Of a stretch of 64,000 nt of DNA, positions 30,033-40,000 are shown piece after piece; the stretch's first letter is position 1, and every line of letters begins with the position of its first letter. The stretch is from Candidatus Poribacteria bacterium (GTDB lineage: Bacteria; Poribacteria; WGA-4E; WGA-3G). The stretch lies in contig OZ251518.1 in NCBI GenBank assembly GCA_965242965.1, forward strand, positions 2,816,001-2,880,000. The letters run 5' to 3'. The position numbers and the translations under genes are program-made. The notes beneath the pieces are model-generated. The model saw only the letters and a list, made by a program, of their open reading frames with translations. It was not told the origin of the DNA and did no database searches.

Positions 30033-30770
30033 TCACCCCAATTTTTTTAGAATTACGATGTAGACAGGTGAGTCGCCATCAAGATAGCGTTCAACTGTCC
30101 AGCCGGTGCCGTGGAGAATCTCTGCCATCTCTGATTTGGAGACGAACAGATAGTCAAACCACGGTGTCGCATACTGCCGATAACGCACGCGGATGCGAAT
30201 CTGGCCGCCCATCCGGCCCCGCTCTCGGTTCCACTGATGATAGGCGAGATGGCTCGCATCCGCTGTCGCATACGGATCTCGTGTTTCTGCGATGATTGTC
30301 CCCGTAGCCGGTGTCAATGAACCGAATCGCTTCAACAGCCATCGGGCCCGTTTGAAGGTGCCGCAGAGCCCGAAATTGCTCCCCATCAGGAGAAGCGTGT
30401 CAAACACGCCCAGGGCGGCACTGACCCGGGTAATCGGCAGCACCTCTGCCTGCTGTAGGCCGCGCCGCCGGCAGAGGTGGATAGCCAAAGGTGAATTGTC
30501 AATGCCTAGCACCTCGTGGCCGCGTGTCTGAAGATAGAGGGCATGCCGCCCTGCACCACTGCCGATATCCAATACACGGCCGGTGGCAGATGCCAACGCG
30601 CGCTGCTGGTGCGCCGGCCAGTCCGGATATTCTGCAAAATAGATTTGCGGATGCACGGGACTGGCCGTGATGAATCCATCCTCGCGCTCAACGATTTCCA
30701 GTGCGTCTGTCTTACCGTCGTAATAGTCGGCGATGAGGTGGCCGTAGGCATCTTGGTTCTCGGTTAGCAC
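30033..30770 (-). CDS. Class I SAM-dependent methyltransferase (copy 2)
   Basis: VLDIGSGAGRH, GIDNS, FDTLLLMG; GGAG RBS with GTG start. Confidence 0.88.
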   Translation of the reverse strand: MLTENQDAYGHLIADYYDGKTDALEIVEREDGFITASPVHPQIYFAEYPDWPAHQQRALASATGRVLDIGSGAGRHALYLQTRGHEVLGIDNSPLAIHLCRRRGLQQAEVLPITRVSAALGVFDTLLLMGSNFGLCGTFKRARWLLKRFGSLTPATGTIIAETRDPYATADASHLAYHQWNRERGRMGGQIRIRVRYRQYATPWFDYLFVSKSEMAEILHGTGWTVERYLDGDSPVYIVILKKLG

Positions 30771-30779
30771 AGTTTGCTC

Positions 30780-31436
30780 CTAGCACGCGATTTGCTTCGC
30801 GACGATAAACTTCAGCAGTTGCACAATTTCCTCTGCCCCCCAGATGCAGCTGTAGGCAGGCCCGAATTCAACGGCGAAGGTTGGTTTGTCGCTCTCCATA
30901 TCGCCGACGATGCCGCGGACGAATGCCCATGTCTCATTGACTGTGTAGCATCCGAAGATTTCCTGTTCGGTAGTGGCATCTCGTTCGGCGTTAATCCGCG
31001 CGGCGGCGAGCATCTCGCCGTAGAGTTGATAGAGCGGATCTGGGGCGTTCAGCCCGCGCTTCGCCTCATGCACAATGAGATAAGGCGGACGAATTCTTCC
31101 ACCGGTAGCAGGCGCAAGGGCCCCATCTACCTCTCCTTCCAAAGCGAACGTGGAATAAGCGGCTTTCAGTGAAACGCCGCTCCACGCTTGGACACGTCCT
31201 TGTTCCGCGAGCATCAATATCGGATAAATCGCGCGGGCCCAGAGCGTGGCCTCGTTCATTACAACGATGTGGCGGTGACGCAAGACAGATTTGATCTCCT
31301 CAAGCCGGCGGCGTTCATCGTCGGTGAGAGACATTTGTCTATTCTGCCACTCCTCCAAAGTCCCGTCTTCTTCGTCAAGCGTGACGAGTTGATGAATGAC
31401 CTTTTCTGTGAGTTGTGAGAAGGTATACGTGCACAT
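30780..31436 (-). CDS. Hypothetical PD-(D/E)XK nuclease-like protein (copy 2)
   Basis: NEATL, GEVDGALA, IVHEAKRG, QLYGEMLAA; GGAGG RBS. Confidence 0.65.
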   Translation of the reverse strand: MCTYTFSQLTEKVIHQLVTLDEEDGTLEEWQNRQMSLTDDERRRLEEIKSVLRHRHIVVMNEATLWARAIYPILMLAEQGRVQAWSGVSLKAAYSTFALEGEVDGALAPATGGRIRPPYLIVHEAKRGLNAPDPLYQLYGEMLAAARINAERDATTEQEIFGCYTVNETWAFVRGIVGDMESDKPTFAVEFGPAYSCIWGAEEIVQLLKFIVAKQIAC

Positions 31437-31543
31437 CACTCAAAACCTCCGTTATCCCTAAAATCTTGGATTTTGAACCCGCCCGAACTGAAAAAATGGC
31501 GAGCTCAGGTGATTCCACACTACGAGGGGAGGTTCGCGCAGCC

Positions 31544-32275
31544 TCACCCCAATTTTTTCAAAATTGCGATGTAACCCGACGAGCCACTGTCAAGATAGCG
31601 TTCAACTGTCCAGCCGGTGCCGTGGAGAATCTCTGCCATCTCCGATTTGGAGACGCACAAATAGTCAAACCACGGTGTCGCATACTGCCGGTAGCGCACG
31701 CGGATGCGGATCTGGCCGCCCATTCGGCCCCGCTCCCGGTTCCACTGATGATAGGCGAGATGGCTCGCATCTACTGTGGGATACGGATCCCGTGTTTCTG
31801 CGATAATTGTCCCCGTAGCCGGTGTCAATGAACCAAATCGCTTTAACAACCATCGGGCCCGTTTGAAGTTGCCGCAGAGTCCGAAATTGCTCCCCATCAG
31901 CAGAAGCGTGTCAAACAAACCGAGGGCACTACTGACCCGGGTAATCGGCAGCACCGCTGCCTGCTGGAGGCCGCGCCGCCGGCAGAGGTGGATAGCCAAC
32001 GGCGAATTGTCAATGCCGAGCACCTCGTGACCGCGTTCCTGAAGATAGAGAGCATGCCGGCCCGCACCACTGCCGATATCCAATACACGGCCGGTAGTGG
32101 CGGCCAGCGCGCGCTGCTGATGTTCTGGCCAGTCGGAATAGTCAGCGAAGTAAGCACCAGGATGATGCGCATCAATTAAACCATCCTCTCGCTCAACGAT
32201 TACCAGCGCGTCTGCCTTGCCATCGTAATAATCCGAAAGGATGTGCCCGTAAGCATCTTGGTTATCGGCTAGCAC
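31544..32275 (-). CDS. Class I SAM-dependent methyltransferase (copy 1)
   Basis: Near-identical paralog of 30033-30770. Confidence 0.88.
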   Translation of the reverse strand: MLADNQDAYGHILSDYYDGKADALVIVEREDGLIDAHHPGAYFADYSDWPEHQQRALAATTGRVLDIGSGAGRHALYLQERGHEVLGIDNSPLAIHLCRRRGLQQAAVLPITRVSSALGLFDTLLLMGSNFGLCGNFKRARWLLKRFGSLTPATGTIIAETRDPYPTVDASHLAYHQWNRERGRMGGQIRIRVRYRQYATPWFDYLCVSKSEMAEILHGTGWTVERYLDSGSSGYIAILKKLG

Positions 32276-32284
32276 AACTTCCTC

Positions 32285-32941
32285 CTAGCACGCGATTTGC
32301 TTCGCGACGATAAACTTTAACAGTTGCACAATCTGCTCCGCATCCGAGATGCAACTGTAGGCAGGCGCGAATTCAACGGCGAAGGTTGGTTTGTCGCTCT
32401 CCATATCAATGACACTGCCGCGGACGAATACCCACGTCTCATTGACGGTGTAACATCCGAAGATTTCCTGTTCGGCGGCGGCATCTCGTTCGGCGTTGAT
32501 CCGTGCGGCGGCGAGCATCTCGCCGTAGAGTTGATAGAACGGATCTGGGGCATTCAGCCCGCGCTTCGCTTCATGCACAATCAGATAAGGCGGCCGAATT
32601 CTCCATCCGATACTCGGAGCAAGGGCACCATCTACCTCTCCCTCCAACGCAAATTTCGGGTAAGCGGCTTTCAGCGAAACGCCGCTCCACGCTCTAACAT
32701 GTCCTTGTTCTGCCAGCACTAACAGCGGATAGATGGCACGCGACCAGAGCGTGGCCTCGTTCATCGCGAGGAGTTGGTGGTAACGCAAGGTAGCTGTGAT
32801 ATCCTCAAGCCGGCGATGTTCGTCCTCGGTGAGAGGTATCTGCATCTTTTGCCATTCTTCCAAGGCCCCTTCAGATTCGTGCAGCGTGATGAGGCTATGA
32901 ATTACCTCTTCCGTAAGTTGTGAGAAGGTATACGTGCACAT
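32285..32941 (-). CDS. Hypothetical PD-(D/E)XK nuclease-like protein (copy 1)
   Basis: Paralog of 30780-31436; GGAGG RBS. Confidence 0.65.
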   Translation of the reverse strand: MCTYTFSQLTEEVIHSLITLHESEGALEEWQKMQIPLTEDEHRRLEDITATLRYHQLLAMNEATLWSRAIYPLLVLAEQGHVRAWSGVSLKAAYPKFALEGEVDGALAPSIGWRIRPPYLIVHEAKRGLNAPDPFYQLYGEMLAAARINAERDAAAEQEIFGCYTVNETWVFVRGSVIDMESDKPTFAVEFAPAYSCISDAEQIVQLLKFIVAKQIAC

Positions 32942-32956
32942 CGTCCAGAACCTCCA

Positions 32957-34336
32957 TCACGATGATTTGACATACCCCGTTGTGCCGTTGGGATTTACCC
33001 ACTTCGTCTTCCAATGCGTCTCAATGCCTTCGCGCCACGTTTGCGCCGCTTCCGTTAACGCCGCCGTGAGCTCCGGATGCGTCGCTTTCAGATTCTCTGT
33101 CTCACCCATGTCGGTTTCCAAGTCGGCGAGATGGACATCGTCTTCGGGTGGCGCGCCTTCAACTAGCTGCCCATTCAGCACCAACTTCCATTTGCCGCTG
33201 CGAACAGCCGTCTGTTTTCCCATCTCCCAGAAGATTTCCCTGTCAGGCATTGGCGAGACGTTGTTGTCCGCGGCTTTGTTGTCCATGGAGGCAACCATCG
33301 GGAGGACATTCAAACCATCAAGTTCGTATTCCGCCGTATTTCCGCCTGCGGCGTTCAGGAACGTCGGGAATACGTCCATCGCCGCGCCGACTTCGCTGAT
33401 AACTTGTCCAGCGGGAATCTTTTCAGGCCAGTGCATGATGCCGGGCGAACGGATGCCGCCTTCGTAGAGGCTGAACTTATGTCCCTTCAGTTTACCGGCG
33501 GTGCCGCCGTAGTAAGGATCTTGCGTCCCATCAAGCCAATTGCGAGTTTCGCGTGAGGGCCCGTTATCGCTCTGGAAATAGGAGAAGGTGTTCTCAGCGA
33601 GCCCTTGCCGTTCCAGTTCTGCGAAAATCTCACCGACGCTATCGTCAACCGCGCTGAGCATCGCCGCCATGATCTGCCTATCCCAAGGTAGGTTCGGAAA
33701 CCTGTCGATGTATTTTTGCGGCGCGTGCATGGGATAATGCGGGGCGTTGTAAGGCACATAGAGAAAAAACGGTTTGCCGAGTTCTACAGACTTGCGAATG
33801 TAGCGCACGGCATATTCGGTGATGAGTTCCGTGAAGTATTCGCCGTTCCGATAAATCTCCTCGCCGTTTTCCCAGAGATCGTGCGTCTGATCGATGCCTT
33901 TCTGTCCGAGTCCCCAGTAAAAAATATGCGAGAAGAAATCGATGCACCCTGCCATGAATCCGAACCAGTCATCAAACCCGTGGTCTTCCGGACGTGAACC
34001 TTTTGCAAGCCCCAAGTGCCACTTCCCGGACATGGCGGTGTAGTAACCGCGTTGTTTGAGCGCAGACGCGAGTGTCGGCACGGAAGGTGGTAACCCTGTC
34101 GCCGTGCGATGCCCCGCCAAAATGGCACGCACACCGGCATGACACGGATACCGGCCGGTGAGCAACGCAGCGCGGGAAGGCGAGCAGACCGGGGAGTTGG
34201 AATACCAGTCGGTGAAACGCGCCCCCTCGGCGGCCATTCTGTCCAAGTAGGGCGTTTTGAAATCAGGCGCGCCCATGCAGGAAAGATCGCCGTAACCCTG
34301 GTCGTCTGTCAAAAAGATGATGAAGTTCGGTTGCAT
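32957..34336 (-). CDS. Formylglycine-dependent sulfatase (arylsulfatase A-like)
   Basis: TDDQG, CSPSRAALLTG, GKWHLG, SDNG, LYEGGIR. Confidence 0.93.
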   Translation of the reverse strand: MQPNFIIFLTDDQGYGDLSCMGAPDFKTPYLDRMAAEGARFTDWYSNSPVCSPSRAALLTGRYPCHAGVRAILAGHRTATGLPPSVPTLASALKQRGYYTAMSGKWHLGLAKGSRPEDHGFDDWFGFMAGCIDFFSHIFYWGLGQKGIDQTHDLWENGEEIYRNGEYFTELITEYAVRYIRKSVELGKPFFLYVPYNAPHYPMHAPQKYIDRFPNLPWDRQIMAAMLSAVDDSVGEIFAELERQGLAENTFSYFQSDNGPSRETRNWLDGTQDPYYGGTAGKLKGHKFSLYEGGIRSPGIMHWPEKIPAGQVISEVGAAMDVFPTFLNAAGGNTAEYELDGLNVLPMVASMDNKAADNNVSPMPDREIFWEMGKQTAVRSGKWKLVLNGQLVEGAPPEDDVHLADLETDMGETENLKATHPELTAALTEAAQTWREGIETHWKTKWVNPNGTTGYVKSS

Positions 34337-34367
34337 TTTTTCCTCTTTTCTGTTATTCGCGAGGTGT

Positions 34368-34520
34368 GCATCGAGACCAGGAGGTCTCTCCTACCAGGAT
34401 GCATCGAGCCGGAGGGCATCGAGACCGGGAGGTCTCTCCTACCGGAAATCGAGCCGAGGGGCATCGAGACCGGGGGGCATCGAGCCGAGGGGCATCGAGA
34501 CCAGGAGGTCTCTCCTACCG
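34368..34520. repeat. Tandem REP-C units with truncated derivatives
   Basis: Three copies of gcatcgagacc(a/g)ggaggtctctcctacc interspersed with gcatcgagcc partial units. Confidence 0.85.
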
Positions 34521-34534
34521 GTGTGCGTTCTGCC

Positions 34535-36076
34535 TCACTTCCTCCAGAAACGCCTATCCAAACTCCGATATTGGATAGCTTCGGAGACATGCACTGCCTC
34601 AATATCGGGGTTTTGCTCCAGATCGGCGATGGTGCGCGAAACTTTCAAGATTCTGTCGTAGGCGCGGGCACTGAGCCCTAACTGATTAATGGCGACGCGG
34701 AGCAAATCCTGTGCGTGCGCGTCAACCTTGCAGTAGTCTCGAATCTGCTTGGATTCCATGTCGGCGTTGGCGTGGATTTTCGGGTTGTCTGCAAACCGCT
34801 GGTGTTGCGTTTGGCGTGCCATCTCCACGCGTTCTTGGACGTTCCGCGACGGCTCCCCGGTCGTCTCATCGGCGAGTTCGGCATATTTTACCGCAGGCAC
34901 TTCAACTTGGATGTCAATCCTATCCAACAGCGGACCGGAGATGCGCGAGACATAGCTCTGGATTTGGTTTTGCGTGCATTTGCAGTCTCGGCCCGGGTCG
35001 CTGAAGAAGCCGCACGGACAGGGGTTCATGGCGGCGACGAGCATGAAATTCGCGGGATACGTGAGGGATGCAGCCGCTCGCGAGATAGTGACGTGTCCAT
35101 CTTCCAACGGTTGCCGCATGACTTCCAGCACGTTTCTGCGGAATTCAGGGAGTTCGTCTAAAAATAGCACGCCGTTATGCGCGAGGCTCACTTCACCGGG
35201 GCGAGGCACCTGTCCGCCGCCGATGAGCCCCGCATCCGAAATCGTGTGATGCGGTGAACGATAAGGACGTGTCACGACTAAAGGCGTATCACTGGGCAAA
35301 ATGCCGACGATGCTCTGAATCTTCGTCGTCTCCAAGGATTCGTCCATGGACAATTTCGGCAGCAGCGAGGGGATGCGCTTCGCAATCATGGTTTTGCCGG
35401 AACCCGGCGGACCGAGCATGATGAGGTTATGTCCCCCGGCGGCAGCGACTTCAATGGCACGCTTGACATGTTCTTGTCCCTTTACATCGGCAAGATCGAG
35501 CACGGTCTGCGGTATTCTTTCCTGTTCATCGGAACTGAGCATGTGGGGTTCCGGTGCTATCTCTTTCGTTCCGCTGAGGAAGGCTGCGGCTTCCGCCAAA
35601 TGTGAGACAGGATAGACGTTCACTTCCTCAACAATCGCCGCCTCTTTTGCGTTTTCAGCGGGGATGAGGATGTCTTCTATGCCGTTCTCTTTTGCGGCGA
35701 GCGCCATGGGGAGGCCGCCCTGTATGCTGCGAATGCTTCCATCAAGTGCGACTTCGCCGAGCACCATAGCGTTTTCAAGCCGTTCAATACCTACTTGATT
35801 CGTGGCGGCGAGGATGCCGATGGCAATCGGCAAGTCAAACGCGGAACCGGCTTTTCGGATGTCGGCAGGCGCGAGGTTGGCAGTGATGCGGCCGGGTGGA
35901 AAATAGAAACCGGCGTTTTTAATCGCTGCGGTAACCCGGTCTTTGCTCTCGCGGATGGCACTATCGGGCAAACCGACGGTGCTGAACGCGGGGAGCCCCT
36001 CGGAGACATCCACCTCGACTTTGACGATATAGGCATCAATTCCTAGCATTGCGCTGCTGAGGACTCTTGCAAGCAT
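34535..36076 (-). CDS. comM: YifB/ComM Mg-chelatase-like AAA+ ATPase
   Basis: VGLPD, NLAPAD, FDLPIA, GPPGSGKT, PHHT, GEVSLAHNGVLFLDE, NPCPCG, SGPLLDRID. Confidence 0.93.
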   Translation of the reverse strand: MLARVLSSAMLGIDAYIVKVEVDVSEGLPAFSTVGLPDSAIRESKDRVTAAIKNAGFYFPPGRITANLAPADIRKAGSAFDLPIAIGILAATNQVGIERLENAMVLGEVALDGSIRSIQGGLPMALAAKENGIEDILIPAENAKEAAIVEEVNVYPVSHLAEAAAFLSGTKEIAPEPHMLSSDEQERIPQTVLDLADVKGQEHVKRAIEVAAAGGHNLIMLGPPGSGKTMIAKRIPSLLPKLSMDESLETTKIQSIVGILPSDTPLVVTRPYRSPHHTISDAGLIGGGQVPRPGEVSLAHNGVLFLDELPEFRRNVLEVMRQPLEDGHVTISRAAASLTYPANFMLVAAMNPCPCGFFSDPGRDCKCTQNQIQSYVSRISGPLLDRIDIQVEVPAVKYAELADETTGEPSRNVQERVEMARQTQHQRFADNPKIHANADMESKQIRDYCKVDAHAQDLLRVAINQLGLSARAYDRILKVSRTIADLEQNPDIEAVHVSEAIQYRSLDRRFWRK

Positions 36077-36150
36077 ACCTGTTTTTCCTTTGGAGCAAAC
36101 TGCGATGCTCCTGAAACGGGTTAATTTTCACTAGATGAAGACGTGTATCT

Positions 36151-36179
36151 ATTATACCGTCCAATCCCATTTTTGTCAA
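36151..36179 (-). promoter_or_regulatory. Consensus sigma-70 promoter of comM
   Basis: TTGACA-N17-TATAAT on the minus strand. Confidence 0.75.
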
Positions 36180-36205
36180 GTTTTTTTATTTTTTTGCATT
36201 TTAAT

Positions 36206-36234
36206 TTGACAAACGAACAAAAATGTGGTACTTA
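36206..36234 (+). promoter_or_regulatory. Divergent sigma-70-like promoter pointing into a REP cassette
   Basis: TTGACA-N17-TACTTA with extended TG; the TIR starts 3 bp later. Confidence 0.5.
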
Positions 36235-36236
36235 AG

Positions 36237-36950
36237 TGAGGGGTTTCATAAATCCGTTTCGGTAGTTATTCCCCCTTGGGGGAGGGCGAATACCGAAAGG
36301 CATCGGGCCCACCTCTGTAGTTCGGGATCGCCTGATCCCGAACAGGTCAGGATCAGGCGATCCTGACCTACAGGGGTGATGAGGTTTGATAGCAAAACGC
36401 ATGGCGAGGGCCTGTCCCTCGCCCTACGGAAGGGGCGGAGTTTTTTCCACCGTAGCGCGGGGGCCTGTCCCCCGCGTTGGCCATCGTCAAGTTATGTTCT
36501 TAGGTCCTTTAGGACCTACATGTCTATAGAAACACATGCCGGTCCCATGTCAAGGTCCTTTAGGTGCTTAATAAAAAAAACACGCGCTGCGCGTCAAAGA
36601 ATATTAAGGACCTAAAGGACCTTAGCGTTCTTCGCAGCCTCACGTGCTATAGACATTAACGTCCTAAAGGACCTAAGATACGTTTTTTATCGTAGCGCGG
36701 GGGCCTGTCCCCCGCGAGCGTTCGATCGCGCGAGGCATAGCGAGGGACAGGCCCTCGCCCTACGGTACCGCACGCCGTTTTTTTCGGACGCATCGTTTTA
36801 GGGCCTTTAGGACCGAAGAGACGTTTTTTTCATCGTAGCGCGGGGGCCTGTCCCCCGCGAGCGTTGGAGTGCGCCGACGATGGCGAGGGACAGGCCCCGG
36901 GAGGCGCGCCGACGGTATTGCATCGAGACCAGGAGGTCTCTCCTACCGGC
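36237..36950. mobile_element. Composite REP cassette, left TIR only
   Basis: TGAGGGGTTTCATAAATCC followed by D, A, B, E, B, A, B and C modules. Confidence 0.75.
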
Positions 36951-37013
36951 AGAAATCAAGACCCGGCGTGCCTATCAACACTTCCCTTTTTTTAATTTGT
37001 CCCATGAGGCGGT

Positions 37014-40000
37014 TCAAGGCGTTATTTCCCACAGAAGCACCGTGCCATCCCAACTGCCAGATGCGAGTGTGCGCCCATCCGGGGTGAAGGTGAGGCTTGA
37101 GATAGGGTCGGTATGGCCGGTGAGGAGCTGCAGCGGTGTGCCGGAGGCAACATCCCACAACCTAATGACGTGCCAACTGCTGCTCGCGAGGGTGCCGCCA
37201 TCGGGACTGAAAACGAGATCCCCGGGCACTGGCGTGTGTAGTGTTTTTGTGGGCACCCCACTCGCTGTATCCCACAGCCTGATGGTGTTATCCCAGAATC
37301 TCGCGCTTGCGAAGGTGCTACCGTCGGGGCTGAAGGCAATAGAACTGATAGTTTGCGCGTGTTCATTGAGCACCTTTATGTTGAGCGTTTTTACGTTTTC
37401 TCGGGTAATCACATCCCAAAGTCGGATAGTGTTGTCGACACCTCCACTCGCCAAGGTGCTGCCATCGGGACTGAAAGCAACGTTCCTAACACCGTCGGTA
37501 TGTCCCGTGAGCACCTTTATATCTTTGCCGTTGCGTGCATTCCACAAGCGGATAGTGCTGTCCGAACTTGCACTCGCTAACAGGGCACCACTAGGGTTGA
37601 AGGCGACACTCGTAACCCCGTGCGTATGTCCGCTGAGCACTTTGTTGCGTTTGCCGAACAAACTTTCCCACAGCGAGTTTTTCCCTATGCTTGCATCCCA
37701 CAGTCGAACGGTTTTATCTTTACTTGCACTCGCCAGAGTGCGGCCATCAGGACTGAAAGCAACGTTCCTAACACCGTCCGTGTGTCCCGTGAGCGTCTTT
37801 GTGTTTCTCCATGCGTGTCCATTCCAGAGATAAATGTTACCACTCGACCCCGCGCTGGCGATGGTGAGGCCATCGGGACTGAAAGCAACGCTACCAACCC
37901 TGCTCGTATGTCCCTCAATCGTTTTTGTGTGTTTGCCGGTATGCGCATTCCACAGGCGGATTTCTTCGCTAGTTGCGCTGGCGATGGTGTTACCGTCGGA
38001 ACTGAAGGCAATGCTATTGACACTATTTCTGTGTCCCTTGAGCGTTTTTGGCCACCTGCCGATAATTGTTTCCCAAAAAGCGCGTTTTCCGGTGCGCTCA
38101 TCCCACAGCCGGACGATGTTGTTATCGTTATCCGAACCTGCGATTGTCAAAGTCCTTCCATCGGAACTGAAGGCAATGCTACGGATACTAGCCTTACGTC
38201 TCTTGAAGGATTTTACCTTCGTTCCGGTGGCGACATCCCACAAGTAGATTTCGTTTGAGTTCGCGCTTGCCAGAGTGTCTCCATTGGGACTGAAGGCAAC
38301 ACGACGGTGGTACGTATGCCCAGTCTGGGCAAGTGTCTTTAGGTGTTTGCCGGTGGGAACGTCCCAGAGATGGATGACAGGGTCCGCACTTGCTGCTAGG
38401 ATGCTCCCATTGTGATTGAAAGCGACGCACAAGACCTGATATATTCCATCTGCGCTGAGTGTCAGGGTGTTTTCGCCTGTGGCAACATCCCACAGTTGGA
38501 CATCATCGTGACTGGCAATCGCCAAGGTGCCACCGTCGGGGCTGAAGGTGATGTCCCTTTCCCAACCGGACATTCTAGCGAACGTCTTGATGTGGGTGCC
38601 GGTGTCCACATCCCATAAGCGGATCGTTCTATCCGAACTTGCGCTGGCGAGGGTGCTACTATCCGGACTGAAGACGACATTATGAACACCGGCCGTATGG
38701 CCAGTGAGCATCGCGACTTCTTGACATGTCTCGGCATCATATAGCCAAATGCCCACGGAACTTGCTACGGCGAGACGCGTGTTATCTGCGGAAAACTGGA
38801 TATCATGTATCGTGCCTTTGCCAAGGCGCGCTTTGGGCCCTTCGTGTATAGGGATTACCTTCGACAGCAGCACCGTGCCATCGCCACTCGCGCTAGCGAG
38901 TGTGCTCCCATCAGGCGTAAAGGCGACGCTATTGACCCCGGATGTATGGCCACGGAATACTTGTGCACGGCTACCGGTGGCTATATCCAACACAACGCTC
39001 TTATCGTGATATCCGACTGCGAGGGAACCGGCATCGGGACTGAAGACGACGCTCTCCACGCCAATATAGACTGTGAACGTCTGTATGTTTTTTCCGGTGG
39101 CAACATCCCACAGCCGGACGGTTCTGTCAGGCATTCGATTATTGGATTTGAAGTAGTCTTCCTGCCCACCACTCGCGAGGATGCCGCCATCCGGACTAAA
39201 ATCCAAACTCGTAACGACACCTGTGTGGCCCGTGAGTGTCTTTACGCTTTTTCCGGTCGTCAGATTCCAGAAACGAATAGTTTTATCTTCACTCGCACTT
39301 GCCAAGATGCCGCCATCCGGACTAAAATCCAAACTCGTAACGAAGTCTGTGTGTCCCACGAGCGTCTTTGTGTTCTTTCCTGTCTCCAGATCCCAGAGGT
39401 GGATTTCTTTATCCCCCGCGCCTGCCAGGGTGCCACCATCCGGGCTGATGGCCACGCTAGTCCTATAGAACTCGTCCGCAGGTCTGTCCGTATATCCCCT
39501 GAACGTCAAGGTGTTTTCGCCGGTGGGGACATCCCAGATACGGATAGTTCTGTCGTGTCCCGCACTCGCCAATCTACTTCCATCGGAACTGAAGACGATG
39601 TTCCCTTGGCGCGAATGTCCTCTCAGCGATTTTTTCTTCCGTCCAGTATTAGTATCCCAGAGAGAAATGGTGCCACCCCATGCCGAGCTTGCCAAGGTGT
39701 CCCCATCGGGACTGAAAGCGACGCTCTTCACCGAGACCGTGTGTCCATGAACCGTGTCTGTATTTTTTCCGCTGGCAACGTCCCAGAGGCGGATGACACC
39801 ATACCCACTCGCGATTGCCAAGGTATCCCCATCGGGACTGAAGATGACGCTCTCAACCCAACTTGTAGGTCCCTTGAGTATTTTCGTCTGTTTTCCGGTG
39901 CCTGCGTCCCAGAGGCGGATGGTTTCATCCGAACTTGCACTCGCGAGGATTTCCCCATCCGGACTGAAAGCAATGCCGTCGACAGTTTCCGTATGTCCCG

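Noticed and set aside
30033-32941. Classical Type II RM pair
   Set aside because: The methyltransferases lack DNA-methyltransferase catalytic motifs; the pair is kept only as a speculative finding.
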